A stretch of DNA of 64,000 bases from a virus. A program made the position numbers and the translations under genes. The DNA is taken from IMG/VR virus record IMGVR_UViG_3300017605_001488, positions 1-64,000 of that record; one strand, written 5' to 3'. Every line of letters begins with the position of its first letter. Position 1 is the first letter of the stretch. The notes under the pieces were generated by a model. It saw only the letters and a list, made by a program, of their open reading frames with translations. It was not told the DNA's origin and ran no database searches. Shown piece after piece: positions 1 through 9,708 of this stretch.

Positions 1-732
1 GTCGAGCGGCAACAACCGCATCGTGAACCCGGGGATGTACACGAACCCCGCCGGCTCGCCGGCACCGTTGCGCAACACCTCGACGTACCCGTTGCCGAGC
101 ACTTCAAGGTCCTGGCGCAGCTTTCGGCGCAACGAAACGAAGCTCGTGTCCTCGGAACAGAATTCGAAGAAGTGCTCGAGCAGCGACTTCTCGACGCGCA
201 TCTCGTCGACGAGCTGGCGCTTCCGCAACGCGACCTCCTCGGGCGTCGGGATGGCGGGCAGGTTCACGACGGATGCCGGCTGCGTCGGGTCACCGCGCAT
301 TGCCATGCGTTCGATCGACATCGCCTGCGCGATCTTCTGGTCGGCATCCGATGCGTCGAGGTCGATGATGGGCTCGAACCGGTGACCGAACCCGTCGATG
401 TTCGTGGCGTACGCGTCGACGTTCTGACGGAGTGCGTTGCTGTGCTCGATGAGCGCCGCCAACGTCGTCGGGTTATACGGGGGTTCGATGGCACCCGCGA
501 GATGAAACCGGCGCTCGGCTTCGTCGACGCCGTGCATCACGTTGCTGGTTTGGGTCGATTCGTCGAGCCCGACGAGCCGCGCCTTGACAATCTCGGTGCG
601 GTCGTGATCGAGACCGCCGACCTGCTTGTCGAGCTCCGACGGCACGTGCACCCAATCCCCGTGACTCGGGGCATCGTTGGGCGGCGGCTCGGGGACGGCC
701 TGCATTACGCGTTCGTGCGATTCGCCGTTCAC
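1..732 (-). CDS. Phage portal protein, PBSX/P2-Q family (N-terminal part; runs off the window)
   Basis: Own translation (not in the ORF track): EPPYNPTTLAALIEHSNALRQN...DLEVLGNGYVEVLRNGAGEPAG, typical of PBSX-type portals. GTG start overlaps the upstream TGA, with GAAGGAGG RBS. Confidence 0.85.
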   Translation of the reverse strand, partial: MNGESHERVMQAVPEPPPNDAPSHGDWVHVPSELDKQVGGLDHDRTEIVKARLVGLDESTQTSNVMHGVDEAERRFHLAGAIEPPYNPTTLAALIEHSNALRQNVDAYATNIDGFGHRFEPIIDLDASDADQKIAQAMSIERMAMRGDPTQPASVVNLPAIPTPEEVALRKRQLVDEMRVEKSLLEHFFEFCSEDTSFVSLRRKLRQDLEVLGNGYVEVLRNGAGEPAGFVYIPGFTMRLLPLD

Positions 733-944
733 GTGCCCTCCTTCGCGACGACGTACGCCGCCATGTGCCCGTCGGTCGTGAACGACACGCCCCGCACGAC
801 CTTGTATCCGAAGTCGTCGCGGAGACGCTTGAGCACCATCGGCTTCGCGTCGTCGTGCCCCTCGGCATCAATGGCGAACCCGGGCACCTCCCGGACGGTA
901 CCGGTCTCGGTGACCTCGTGTAGCTTCACTTTGAACGTGCGCAT
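729..944 (-). CDS. Hypothetical protein
   Basis: 71 aa ORF translationally coupled to the portal gene. Confidence 0.7.
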   Translation of the reverse strand: MRTFKVKLHEVTETGTVREVPGFAIDAEGHDDAKPMVLKRLRDDFGYKVVRGVSFTTDGHMAAYVVAKEGT

Positions 945-1001
945 TTCGACACCATCCTATGACGATGTCGTCTTGAGCGCTACGCGGCCAATTCGTACGG
1001 G

Positions 1002-1523
1002 CTACGGATACGTGTGATAACGCAGCGAGATGGTCACGGTCTGCGCACCGCCCGCGGCGGTGGCGAACTTCGCCGAGATGCGCGTGTTCGCCAGCTGTTG
1101 CGGGCATTGGAACAACTGCTCCCACGTTCCGCCCGCCGGAATGCGAATGCGTCCGATCTCGACCTCCGCGCCAAGCAGCCCGGAATACAACACGAGCTCG
1201 GACACGCCGGCACCGCTCAACGCCTCGACGCAAATGCCGTGGATGTCGAACACGGAAGCGATCGTCGCTGCCGGCACGACCTCGACGAACGCGCCGAGCG
1301 CCCATGCGCCCGCGCCACCGGCGATCAACACACCGCCCGCGAGCGTCGGGTAAACCTTCGACGCGCCGTGCAGGTGCTTCTCGATCGTGGTCGCCTTGGC
1401 GAGCGCCGACGTGGCGGTCACGTCGGTGCCACCGGTCGTGGCATCGATGGCCGTGACCGTCGCCGCGATGCCCGCGAGCGTTCCCGTCGCAACGTCGTTC
1501 TGGACTGCCGGAGTGGCGCTCAT
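1002..1523 (-). CDS. Hypothetical protein, possibly virion-associated
   Basis: Ala/Thr/Gly-rich, beta-rich ORF starting MSATPAVQND, upstream of portal. Confidence 0.6.
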   Translation of the reverse strand: MSATPAVQNDVATGTLAGIAATVTAIDATTGGTDVTATSALAKATTIEKHLHGASKVYPTLAGGVLIAGGAGAWALGAFVEVVPAATIASVFDIHGICVEALSGAGVSELVLYSGLLGAEVEIGRIRIPAGGTWEQLFQCPQQLANTRISAKFATAAGGAQTVTISLRYHTYP

Positions 1524-1525
1524 GT

Positions 1526-1864
1526 TCAGCCGCCGTCCGTGCGCGAGTCGAACCCGGCGAGCATGGCCGCAACGTTGCCAGCACCGATGGCCTTCACGTT
1601 GAGCCGCATCGAAACAACGGCCGAGGTGACGGTCACCAACCCCTTGCCGGCAATCCCGGTAATGAGCGGGTCCCACTGGTTGCCGTCGAGCGTGCCCTCC
1701 AAGTCGGCGTTCAACCCGGCGAGCAATCCGTCGGCGTCGAGGATCTGCACCGTCTTCTCGCGGAATCGATCACAGCGAATCCCGTTCGAGACGGCGGGTG
1801 CATTCGTCTTCAGCGTCGACGGGGACGTGTCGCCAAACGTGAAGGAATTGACCTCGTGACGCAT
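1526..1864 (-). CDS. Hypothetical protein, possibly virion-associated
   Basis: Starts MRHEVNSFTFG; contains LEGTLDGNQW, seen in small phage beta-sandwich proteins. Confidence 0.6.
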   Translation of the reverse strand: MRHEVNSFTFGDTSPSTLKTNAPAVSNGIRCDRFREKTVQILDADGLLAGLNADLEGTLDGNQWDPLITGIAGKGLVTVTSAVVSMRLNVKAIGAGNVAAMLAGFDSRTDGG

Positions 1865-1887
1865 GCCGAGGAGCTTAGCCCCTGCGG

Positions 1888-2643
1888 CTAGTCCTTGTCG
1901 AGTCGTCCGTCCATGTGGATGATGGCGGCGGTGTAGAGCTCTTTTCCGTTGCGATCGACGTACCGCACGTCGAGACGCCCATCGCGAATCAACCGACGGC
2001 GCACGAACCGTTCCTGGTTTTCCTGCAACCGACGCCACTTGTGGTTCTCGATCTCCGATTCGAGCCGCACCACGTCGACAGGCACACGGTCGCGCGCGAG
2101 CGGGGCGAGGTCGCGCAGCCACCCCGTCCCGATCGAGGCGAGCGCCGGCGGTGCCCCCGCGACGAGCTCCATCATCCGCCGATGCACGAGCATCGACCGC
2201 GTGTCACCCGGTGCGCCCAACCGATCCATCGCGCCCAACGCATCGACGATGTCAGCGTCCCCGTTCACATGCATCCACGCGGCGGCGGCCTTCTCGAGCG
2301 GGCACATCGTCGACGTGTCGAGCAGTTCGCACAACCACACCGGCAGCACCACCGCGATCGGTTCGCGTTCGTACATGCGCTGACACACGAACAACCGCGG
2401 CACCGACACATCGCGATCGAGCCGTTCGAGGATGCCCCACACGGTGCTTTTCGTTGACGTGGACTCGCGCGAGTCCGACACCTTCACCCACGAGCAGAAC
2501 GGCACGATGTTCCGATGCACGGTGCACGGCGTCCACAACGGCTTCCCGAAGTGCGTAACGAATTCGCACGTGTCGGTTTGCGCTGGCCCGGGATGCGGCC
2601 ACGTACATCGGAACTCCGCACGGATGGCACCCAACCACGTCAT
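1888..2643 (-). CDS. Hypothetical protein (PxW...RLG paralogue family)
   Basis: ATGA overlap with upstream gene; LPVW...DADIVDALGAMDRLG. Confidence 0.65.
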   Translation of the reverse strand: MTWLGAIRAEFRCTWPHPGPAQTDTCEFVTHFGKPLWTPCTVHRNIVPFCSWVKVSDSRESTSTKSTVWGILERLDRDVSVPRLFVCQRMYEREPIAVVLPVWLCELLDTSTMCPLEKAAAAWMHVNGDADIVDALGAMDRLGAPGDTRSMLVHRRMMELVAGAPPALASIGTGWLRDLAPLARDRVPVDVVRLESEIENHKWRRLQENQERFVRRRLIRDGRLDVRYVDRNGKELYTAAIIHMDGRLDKD

Positions 2644-3053
2644 GGGCACGCCCGCTCGAGGAATTCGACCAGCACGCCGACCTTCGGACTAAGCAGGAAC
2701 ACCCCCCACAGCGCCTCCGCGAATTCCTGATCGCGTGCAGCGCGTGCCGCGCCTTTGGAGACGAGATCGTATCGACCACCATGCGGATGCAGGTTCGCCG
2801 TCTCCTTGTTCGCGGTCACGTGGTGCGCCAACGGGAGCAACACCTCGGTCATCCACCGCGGCAGCAGCTTCCCGATGGGCCACGGGCCGTTGATGTCCGT
2901 TGCACGTGAAACTGTCACGCATGCGAGGCGGTCGGCGGCATCGGACTCGACCGGACCGACGACGACCATGTCGTGCGCCGTGCGTCGTTCCCGCGGCACC
3001 GGGTCATCGAGCACGCGCGTCGTCGACAGCATCCGCGCCCTCCCAAACATCAC
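2640..3053 (-). CDS. Hypothetical protein (PxW...RLG paralogue family)
   Basis: GTGA overlap; LPRW...RAARDQEFAEALWGVFLL. Confidence 0.6.
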   Translation of the reverse strand: MMFGRARMLSTTRVLDDPVPRERRTAHDMVVVGPVESDAADRLACVTVSRATDINGPWPIGKLLPRWMTEVLLPLAHHVTANKETANLHPHGGRYDLVSKGAARAARDQEFAEALWGVFLLSPKVGVLVEFLERACP

Positions 3054-3442
3054 GCACCCGCACGGTACGACCGCTCGCGGCGCTTCCAATCCCGGAACGG
3101 CTTGTCCTCGTTACGAGTCTCCTCGAACATGCACGTGATGGCCATGGACGCAGCCTCGATGTTTTCAGCAAGCCGGTACGCACCCATCGACGAGTTGGCG
3201 CGGTCCATCATCTTCATGGCGTTCGGCGCGCACGCGCACCACCGCAGCACCATCTCGGCGAACTTGTCCTTGCGTTGGTCGCGCCCATGCCGCCCAGCCT
3301 TCTCGCGCCCAACGATCGACGACACGACCGTGTACGCCCACCCGGGGACGAGCTCCATCACGGTCGCGTCTATCTTGTACGGACGCAGCACGACCTTCCA
3401 ACCCGGCGGCCATCCATCGTCCCACGGCACCGCACCATCCAT
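3050..3442 (-). CDS. Hypothetical protein (PxW...RLG paralogue family)
   Basis: Starts MDGAVPW; VPGW...RWCAC...MGAYRLA. Confidence 0.6.
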   Translation of the reverse strand: MDGAVPWDDGWPPGWKVVLRPYKIDATVMELVPGWAYTVVSSIVGREKAGRHGRDQRKDKFAEMVLRWCACAPNAMKMMDRANSSMGAYRLAENIEAASMAITCMFEETRNEDKPFRDWKRRERSYRAGA

Positions 3443-3444
3443 CG

Positions 3445-4008
3445 TCAACCCCTCAATCGTTTGATTCGACCCTCGACGAACGCGAGCTGCAACACGAGCT
3501 GCTGCACGCGACTGTATGGCAACGACCACGCGGTGCGCACCGTGGCCAGCATCTCGTCGCGTTCCGCAACGGCTGCGTCGAGACGTACCTTGCGCGCCTC
3601 ACGTCGTTTCGCGCGCGCACGTTCGTTACGCGCGGAGTCCCGATCGCGCTTGTCGTTGTACTTGCGGCGCGGCTTCTTCACCGGCGGCGGATCGGGGACG
3701 GGGTCCGGCACGTCGGGAACATCCGGCGGCGGTTCCAACGTCGCCACGAACGCATCGACCGCGTCGACGGGTTCGGGCGTCGCCGGTGGATCGATCATCC
3801 GTTGGCGGCGTGTCCTGACGGGCGTGGGCGTGGGTTCGGCAGCCGCCCGACGCGCCGCCATCGCTGCACACGCACGACACGTGCGCCGGGTCGCGCGCGC
3901 GGAACATCGACCGCAGTACCACCCCTGCGTGTCGCACTCCGCGCACGCAGCGGCCGTTGCCGGTTCCCCGACATCGATCCCGCGATTGCACCCGGCGCAT
4001 CGTCGCAT
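3445..4008 (-). CDS. Cys-rich zinc-finger protein with basic coiled-coil C-terminus
   Basis: Four CxxC pairs, Pro-rich linker, basic helix. Confidence 0.6.
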   Translation of the reverse strand: MRRCAGCNRGIDVGEPATAAACAECDTQGWYCGRCSARATRRTCRACAAMAARRAAAEPTPTPVRTRRQRMIDPPATPEPVDAVDAFVATLEPPPDVPDVPDPVPDPPPVKKPRRKYNDKRDRDSARNERARAKRREARKVRLDAAVAERDEMLATVRTAWSLPYSRVQQLVLQLAFVEGRIKRLRG

Positions 4009-4011
4009 CGG

Positions 4012-4224
4012 TTAGTACCTCGGGAACGGTCCGCCGCGCATCATGCCGATCGGCGCACTCATGAATCGATGCCACGCATTGACCATGTCGTCCTTGGCCG
4101 ACTCCGCCTCCGAGAGCTTGCGCTTGAGCGTCTTGTTCTCCTCCTGCACCTTGTCAAGCTCCTTGATCGTACGCAACGCACCGCGCGCCTCAGCTAGCGC
4201 CGACGCGACCTCGAACCGTCCCAT
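4012..4224 (-). CDS. Small coiled-coil hypothetical protein
   Basis: 70 aa ORF in a tiled minus-strand operon. Confidence 0.55.
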   Translation of the reverse strand: MGRFEVASALAEARGALRTIKELDKVQEENKTLKRKLSEAESAKDDMVNAWHRFMSAPIGMMRGGPFPRY

Positions 4225-4540
4225 GGCCTTCGTTGAACTTGTCGATCTGCTGCTGGTCCTTGCACGCCCCCTCGAACCACTCGTCGGTCCACACGGCGAA
4301 CACGATCGAGCACTCCTGCGCGTAGCCGATCGTCACCCCGACGGCGGTGGGCAGGTACCGATCGATGGCACGCGCGGCAGCGATGGCCGATTCCTCCGAC
4401 ACACGCCCGACGAACTTGCTGTGCAGCGCCTTACGCGCCGTTTCGAGGAATGCGTACGCCTTCAGCTTCGAGGTGTTCAACTTCTCGATCGCCTCGACAC
4501 GTTCGATTTCCCTGATCTCCGCCTGTGTTTTCCTGGTCAT
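4190..4540 (-). CDS. Hypothetical protein
   Basis: 116 aa ORF, ATGA overlap. Confidence 0.6.
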   Translation of the reverse strand: MTRKTQAEIREIERVEAIEKLNTSKLKAYAFLETARKALHSKFVGRVSEESAIAAARAIDRYLPTAVGVTIGYAQECSIVFAVWTDEWFEGACKDQQQIDKFNEGHGTVRGRVGAS

Positions 4541-4872
4541 GTTTTCCTGCCCTTCGTGATTGCGCTGGCCATCATCGCGCCGAGTGGTGCTTCACCCGCC
4601 GCGATGGTGGCGTCGTCGACCTTCCGTGCACGTTTCCGGTTCTTCCTCATCGCGCCCATCTCGGGCGGCCCGCCCATCGAATCCGTCAACTCCGACACAA
4701 GGGTCTCGGTGGCCGTCACGCGCGCGAGCAACGCCCGCATGCGTTCGCGCAGCCGCTCGCGTTCGTCCTCGAGCTCGATGAGCCGCGCGAACAGCTCGTC
4801 GGCAATGGGCGCACCGACCGCCGCGAGCAGCCGCCTCGTGTTGGCGCGGTCGATCGGTACGTACGCCATCAC
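4537..4872 (-). CDS. Coiled-coil hypothetical protein
   Basis: GTGATG start overlapping upstream stop. Confidence 0.55.
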   Translation of the reverse strand: MMAYVPIDRANTRRLLAAVGAPIADELFARLIELEDERERLRERMRALLARVTATETLVSELTDSMGGPPEMGAMRKNRKRARKVDDATIAAGEAPLGAMMASAITKGRKT

Positions 4873-5156
4873 CGCACCAACCGTTCGAGGCGCGCACGCG
4901 TCGTCGTCGACATCCCCGACGGGTTGGTGCGCAACCACTCGCGCGTTGCAACCGCGCGCGCCTCGGTCATGTCCTTGCCGAGCCCGGAACACATCACGCG
5001 CTTCGCGCCGTCCGGGTGCGGATACCGCGTGATCGACGTGTAGTACTGATTCCGCGCATCGAGCCACGAGCTCACGAGCCCGGGTGCGCGCTTGTCGCCG
5101 GGGTACGTTTCCGTCAGCGCTTGGAGCAACGTGTGCTCGAGATCCAACTCGTCCAT
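4869..5156 (-). CDS. Hypothetical protein
   Basis: Starts MDELDLEH; GGAGGT RBS. Confidence 0.6.
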   Translation of the reverse strand: MDELDLEHTLLQALTETYPGDKRAPGLVSSWLDARNQYYTSITRYPHPDGAKRVMCSGLGKDMTEARAVATREWLRTNPSGMSTTTRARLERLVR

Positions 5157-5160
5157 CGGG

Positions 5161-5718
5161 TCACCTCCGCGCTTTTTCTTGCGCGGTCGATGGGGCGTTC
5201 GCGAACAGCTTGCACGCGGGACAGTCCACGCCGTGGCGCGGGTGCGGGCACGGCACTGCCGTCGGCTTCGGCATGTGATGCTTCCACGGCGGGGGCGCGA
5301 ACGGGTTGCCGATGATGCGCATCTCGTCGCCAGCGAATTGGTGCGGGAACACCAGGTCGGAATCGAACTTGTGGCGCGTGAGCGCGTACGCCGTCGACAT
5401 CGCCGCATGCACATCGGGCGTGTTCGGGTGACCCACGAACGACATGAGCGTGTCGAACACGCGTTGGCTGCCCGCGTTCCAAACGGGCGGGGTGTGCGCC
5501 TCAACGATCTGGGAATCGTGGACGCGGGTGAGCTTCACCGCCTCGCGCCAACGTCCAGTCACTCGCATGATGCGCTCGATGTCCTTCGGGCGAACGAACC
5601 CGCGGTCACGCATTGTGACCGACGTGGCGCCGAACATCACCACCGTCGACCCTTGAGGCAAACCGAGGAGGTGGCAGAACGTGCGGCGCGTTCGGGCGGC
5701 GATCTTCCGTGTCGACAT
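5161..5718 (-). CDS. Hypothetical protein (weak member of PxW family)
   Basis: Starts MSTRKIAA; PPVW...FVGHP...AAMSTAYAL. Confidence 0.55.
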   Translation of the reverse strand: MSTRKIAARTRRTFCHLLGLPQGSTVVMFGATSVTMRDRGFVRPKDIERIMRVTGRWREAVKLTRVHDSQIVEAHTPPVWNAGSQRVFDTLMSFVGHPNTPDVHAAMSTAYALTRHKFDSDLVFPHQFAGDEMRIIGNPFAPPPWKHHMPKPTAVPCPHPRHGVDCPACKLFANAPSTAQEKARR

Positions 5719-6134
5719 CAGAACTTGCCCTCGTTGCGGAATCGCATGATGTACGGGTGCACGCACGCGAGCACCGACACGCACACCGACCCGGCGTTCG
5801 CGTGGTGGTTCCGTTCAATCAACGCACGCACGAACCCGAGCAGCGGCAACCACTTGTCAGGGTCCGCGTGCGCGACCGCGGCGTCGAAGTCGTTGTGGCT
5901 CGCGCGCAACATGGCAGACCCGTCGGAGTTCGACACGTCCGACACATCGGACACGGTGCGGTGCTCGAGCTCGGCGATCCACTGGTACACGTACTCCCAC
6001 GCCTTCGTTCGCGCATCGAACAACGGCGGGATGCACCCGGGACCGTTCGCGAGAATCCCCGCCGGCGGTGCCGCCGCCAAGTCGTTCAACATCGCCAGAA
6101 TCGCCGCCGTATCTTCCGCCCAGCTCATGCCCAT
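5718..6134 (-). CDS. Hypothetical protein
   Basis: 138 aa ORF directly downstream of promoter repeat copy 1. Confidence 0.6.
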   Translation of the reverse strand: MGMSWAEDTAAILAMLNDLAAAPPAGILANGPGCIPPLFDARTKAWEYVYQWIAELEHRTVSDVSDVSNSDGSAMLRASHNDFDAAVAHADPDKWLPLLGFVRALIERNHHANAGSVCVSVLACVHPYIMRFRNEGKF

Positions 6135-6150
6135 GGGTCACCTCGCGACC

Positions 6151-6191
6151 ATCATACGCATGATTGCAGTGATTGCAAGTATTGCAATCAT
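6151..6191 (-). promoter_or_regulatory. Conserved phage promoter/operator motif, copy 1
   Basis: Minus strand TTGCAATACTTGCAATCACTGCAATCATGCGTATGAT (TTGCAA-N16-TATGAT); five copies in the window. Confidence 0.8.
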
Positions 6192-7753
6192 CCCACGACG
6201 CGCATGCCGACCCCGCCGCTCTGACGACGCTGGTTATCGAACACGCGGCACCCTTCACGCGCGAACCACGACGCCATCAACCGGTCGCCGGTGTGGTCCT
6301 TCGGGTTGTAGGTCAGCATCTCCCGAATCCACGCATCGATTTCCTTGTGCACGCGCAGGCCGCCCTTGACGAGCGAGCCGCCCTCGTTCGGGATGATCCA
6401 CTTCCCGGATGCAATCTCGGCGGCGACGCCCTGCACGCCCCATTCGGGGTGAGCCTTGTTTCGACCGGTGGTGAACGGTCGACACGTCGCCATCGTCAGC
6501 TTCTCGGCGAATTGCAGGATGTACTGCTGCGCGGCGTTGTTCTCGACGATGAAGATGCCACCGAACCGGTCGTACACGTTCTCGATGGCGTCGACGATCT
6601 CCGGACCGGCCATCTTGGCGGTCTCGATGTTCAACACCTGACGGAGCCCATCCGGCCACAACAGCACCGTGAAGATGCACGTGAGGTCGGCGGCCTCGGT
6701 CTTTCGTGACGCGAGGTCGACGCCGTGGAAGATGGCGAACCCTTCGTGCAACCGGGACAGCGCCTCGATCGCGTTCCCGAGCTCGTCGCGGTCGGTGATA
6801 CCGGACTCGAGCTCACGGATTAGGTCGTAGTCCCGTCCGAGCTCGATGCCGCGTTCGATCCATTCCTTCTTGAATCGCGCATCCTCCTCGTCGCGCGACA
6901 TGCACAGAAGCTGACGCGCGAACTCGAGCGGACCGAGCTCGATGCGCTTCTCCTCGATGCGGTCCTTGGGCCATTGCCCCGGCCACAGCAGATCGCCCGA
7001 GACCTCATCAACGATGGGGAACCGGAAGCTCTTGTATCGCTTGTTCGCGGCGAGCCGATGCAGCGCGTCCTCGGGGTGCCACGCGTTGCCCGGTGCCCAC
7101 ACGCGGGCGTTCGCCGTCAATCGACCGACCAGCGTGGACTGGATCCACTGCCATAGGTCGCGCCGCCCCGAATCGCGATCGACGTTTTCGTAGTCGAGGA
7201 TGTCGTCGAGGATGAGCAGGTCGATACGTGCGCCGAGGATGTTGCCGTGCACGCCGCACGCCTGCACGGATGGGTCCTTCGCGAGGATGGTGCGCTCGAC
7301 GGTGATGGCGTTCGCCGTCCACGGCAACGATTGGTCGCGCGCCGGCTTGAGGTCGGGAAAGATGGCGTGCAGCTCCGCCGACTTCTCGATGTACTGCGCG
7401 ATGAGCCGAACGATCTTCTTCGCCTGCTCGTTGGTGTTCGACACCACCGCCACGCGGAGGTTCGGGTTTTTCCCGAGCTCGTACAACACCCGCCCGACGC
7501 TGATCTGCGTCGTCTTCCCCGACTCGATCGATGCCCACAACACGACGCGGTCGTGGTCGTTGAGGATGTCGTGCCACTGATTGTGGAATGGCGCCTGCTG
7601 GACCGGCCGCCCGGCCTCGTCGCGCAGCACCATCTGATTGAAGAAGCTCGGGTCGTTGCGCGCGACCGCGAGGTTGATGTGGTGCGCCCGGCTATACGCG
7701 GTTTGCGCGTTGACCTTGCAAGCGACGGCGGGATCGGCGAGTGCGACGGACAT
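6188..7753 (-). CDS. terL: Terminase large subunit
   Basis: Walker A (IESGKTT), Walker B (LLILDDILD), RNase H-fold nuclease motifs GVDLAS, IVENN and HTGDRLMA; 521 aa. Confidence 0.92.
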   Translation of the reverse strand: MSVALADPAVACKVNAQTAYSRAHHINLAVARNDPSFFNQMVLRDEAGRPVQQAPFHNQWHDILNDHDRVVLWASIESGKTTQISVGRVLYELGKNPNLRVAVVSNTNEQAKKIVRLIAQYIEKSAELHAIFPDLKPARDQSLPWTANAITVERTILAKDPSVQACGVHGNILGARIDLLILDDILDYENVDRDSGRRDLWQWIQSTLVGRLTANARVWAPGNAWHPEDALHRLAANKRYKSFRFPIVDEVSGDLLWPGQWPKDRIEEKRIELGPLEFARQLLCMSRDEEDARFKKEWIERGIELGRDYDLIRELESGITDRDELGNAIEALSRLHEGFAIFHGVDLASRKTEAADLTCIFTVLLWPDGLRQVLNIETAKMAGPEIVDAIENVYDRFGGIFIVENNAAQQYILQFAEKLTMATCRPFTTGRNKAHPEWGVQGVAAEIASGKWIIPNEGGSLVKGGLRVHKEIDAWIREMLTYNPKDHTGDRLMASWFAREGCRVFDNQRRQSGGVGMRVVG

Positions 7754-7756
7754 GGC

Positions 7757-7800
7757 GTGGTGCGTGCGGCGGCCGGCGTGACCCGGTCCGGACTACTCTA
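7757..7800 (-). promoter_or_regulatory. terL leader: TG-n-TAGAGT -10-like element plus GTCACGCCGG/GCACGCACCAC box
   Basis: Both blocks (7773-7782, 7757-7767) recur upstream of the ParB gene (21870-21879, 21857-21867). Confidence 0.6.
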
Positions 7801-8161
7801 CCACGCCCGCATCGCGGAGGTATTTGGCCACCGCGTGCCGCGTCGGTGCCACCCCGTTCGTCCCGAGCAACCGATCGATCGACAACAGCGCCGCCATCTT
7901 TTCCGCGTCCGTGACGAGCTTGACCAACGCGCGCCCGCGTGCATCGTCGCTGAACCCCGCCTGCTCGATGAGCCACGATGCCTTGCGTACGTCGCCACGC
8001 TTGTCCGGGTCGATGGGGGTTGCATCGAAACGCGTGACGAGTGCGAGGATGCACGTGATACCACGACGGTGTTGGGGGATGGCCGATGCACCGAACATCC
8101 GTTCGCCACAACACGGGCACGTGACCATCATCTCGCGAAGGGTTTTCTTTGCTGTGGTCAT
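7793..8161 (-). CDS. C2HC zinc-finger protein (PxW...RLG family)
   Basis: CPCC-x11-H-x5-C, then W...DAEKMAALLSIDRLLG. Confidence 0.6.
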   Translation of the reverse strand: MTTAKKTLREMMVTCPCCGERMFGASAIPQHRRGITCILALVTRFDATPIDPDKRGDVRKASWLIEQAGFSDDARGRALVKLVTDAEKMAALLSIDRLLGTNGVAPTRHAVAKYLRDAGVVE

Positions 8162-8625
8162 CAATCGAGCTCGCAATGCTTCGCGGTGGCGGGATCGAGG
8201 ATGGTGAGGTACGCATCGAGCTCGTCACCGACGTGCACGACATCGGCATCGGTGTCGACGGCCCAAAGCAGTCGCCACGTCGCCGACACAGCCGCCGCGA
8301 TCTCGACGGGGTCGGGTTGCATCCCCACGAACTCGAGCACCGACCCGAGATGATGGGGGCTCATCCCCTGCGTCGCATCCGTGTCCTGGTACAACGTGTT
8401 CGCGAGCGCGTACGCCCACACGGGCACGCCGCGCGTGCGCGCATCGGAGAATTCCTCGTGCGGCGGATGCGGCGGATCGAACCCCATGCCGTCACACATC
8501 CGCCGCTGCGACTCCCACCGCTTCCGGTTCTTCGCCTCGATGCCCATCGCGTAGTCGAACGCCTCGCGCATCGCGCTCGACATCGTGTGCCACGGAATGC
8601 GGTCCTCGGTGCGGGTGCGGGTCAT
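8161..8625 (-). CDS. Hypothetical protein (PxW family)
   Basis: VPVW...PDPVEIAAAVSATWRL. Confidence 0.6.
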   Translation of the reverse strand: MTRTRTEDRIPWHTMSSAMREAFDYAMGIEAKNRKRWESQRRMCDGMGFDPPHPPHEEFSDARTRGVPVWAYALANTLYQDTDATQGMSPHHLGSVLEFVGMQPDPVEIAAAVSATWRLLWAVDTDADVVHVGDELDAYLTILDPATAKHCELD

Positions 8626-8966
8626 TGGTCGACGAGCTCCACTTGTAACCGTGCGATGAGTGCATCACGTCCGCCATCGAGCCGACGCAACGCCTCAAGG
8701 TACGCGCCCTTCGCGGCTGGGTCGGGATCGTCCTTGCACGCGAGCAGCGCCAACCGCACCCACGTGAGTCCCATCTCCTCGGTGGCGCGTGCCGAGCCTT
8801 CGAGGACGGGTTGTCCCTTCGGTCCGTAGTACACGAGCGTGGCCAACATCGCCGCCCACCGCGGCGTCACGCGGTCGCCGTCCTCGTCCTCGACGACGAG
8901 GTCGCATTCGACCAACGCCGACACGACCTTCGCGCCGAGGTGTTGCACGGGCCACCACTTCGCCAT
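8622..8966 (-). CDS. Hypothetical protein (PxW family)
   Basis: TPRW...DPDPAAKGAYLEALRRLDG. Confidence 0.6.
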   Translation of the reverse strand: MAKWWPVQHLGAKVVSALVECDLVVEDEDGDRVTPRWAAMLATLVYYGPKGQPVLEGSARATEEMGLTWVRLALLACKDDPDPAAKGAYLEALRRLDGGRDALIARLQVELVDQ

Positions 8967-9280
8967 CACGACCCCAATGCGTGCGTCGGGTCGTCGATCG
9001 GGATCTGCGCGATGAACTCGTCGGCGTGGTCCGGGTCCTCGGCACGCATGAACGCGATGCACGCCATCGGGTCGTCCTTCAGCTTCACGATCGTACGCAA
9101 CGCGTCGAGCGTGCGTTGCGGGTCCGGGCGCGTGTCACACCACCTGCACAGGATGTCCGCCATCGTGTCACCGCGTTCGTGCGACAACTCGCGCCACCCT
9201 TCGGAATGCCAGGCCGACGAGGAGTTGGTGCGCCACGCGCACCCCCAATACTGCTGCCCCGTCGGCCCGTGATAGCTCAC
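8966..9280 (-). CDS. Hypothetical protein (partial PxW-family similarity)
   Basis: RWCDTRPDPQRTLDALRTIVKL; coupled to neighbours. Confidence 0.55.
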   Translation of the reverse strand: MSYHGPTGQQYWGCAWRTNSSSAWHSEGWRELSHERGDTMADILCRWCDTRPDPQRTLDALRTIVKLKDDPMACIAFMRAEDPDHADEFIAQIPIDDPTHALGS

Positions 9281-9708
9281 CGCACGGCCTTGCTGTAACC
9301 GTCCGATGCACCGCCGTGGTCCGTTCGACGCGACACGTGCGCGTCGGCCACGAACAACTCGAACGCACGATACGTCCGGCCGGACGGGCTCGACATGCGG
9401 TCACCGAGGTACACGATGCGCACGATGGTCCCTTCGTCGATGCCCGCGGCGTCGAACAACGAATTGACCACGGTACCCGACACGGTCGTCGTCGCCTTGT
9501 CGGTTTGGATGAGCACGATCGAGTACGGCCCATACACGCCGGCGCGCATCCGTCGCCCGACGAACCGGCCTACGAGTGTTTCGCCCTCGCGCATCGGCCG
9601 CCAAATGTGCGGCGCTTCGACGCGGCGCCATTGCACGCCGTCGGCGATGAGCGGGATCTCACGCCCCACCTTCTCGGTCGGTTGCCTTCGTTTCGGTTTG
9701 GTCGCCAT
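9277..9708 (-). CDS. Small OB-fold-like protein, possibly ssDNA-binding
   Basis: W-P-xx-GETLVG...VRIVYLG...GRTY-x-F pattern of small phage OB-fold proteins. Confidence 0.5.
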   Translation of the reverse strand: MATKPKRRQPTEKVGREIPLIADGVQWRRVEAPHIWRPMREGETLVGRFVGRRMRAGVYGPYSIVLIQTDKATTTVSGTVVNSLFDAAGIDEGTIVRIVYLGDRMSSPSGRTYRAFELFVADAHVSRRTDHGGASDGYSKAVR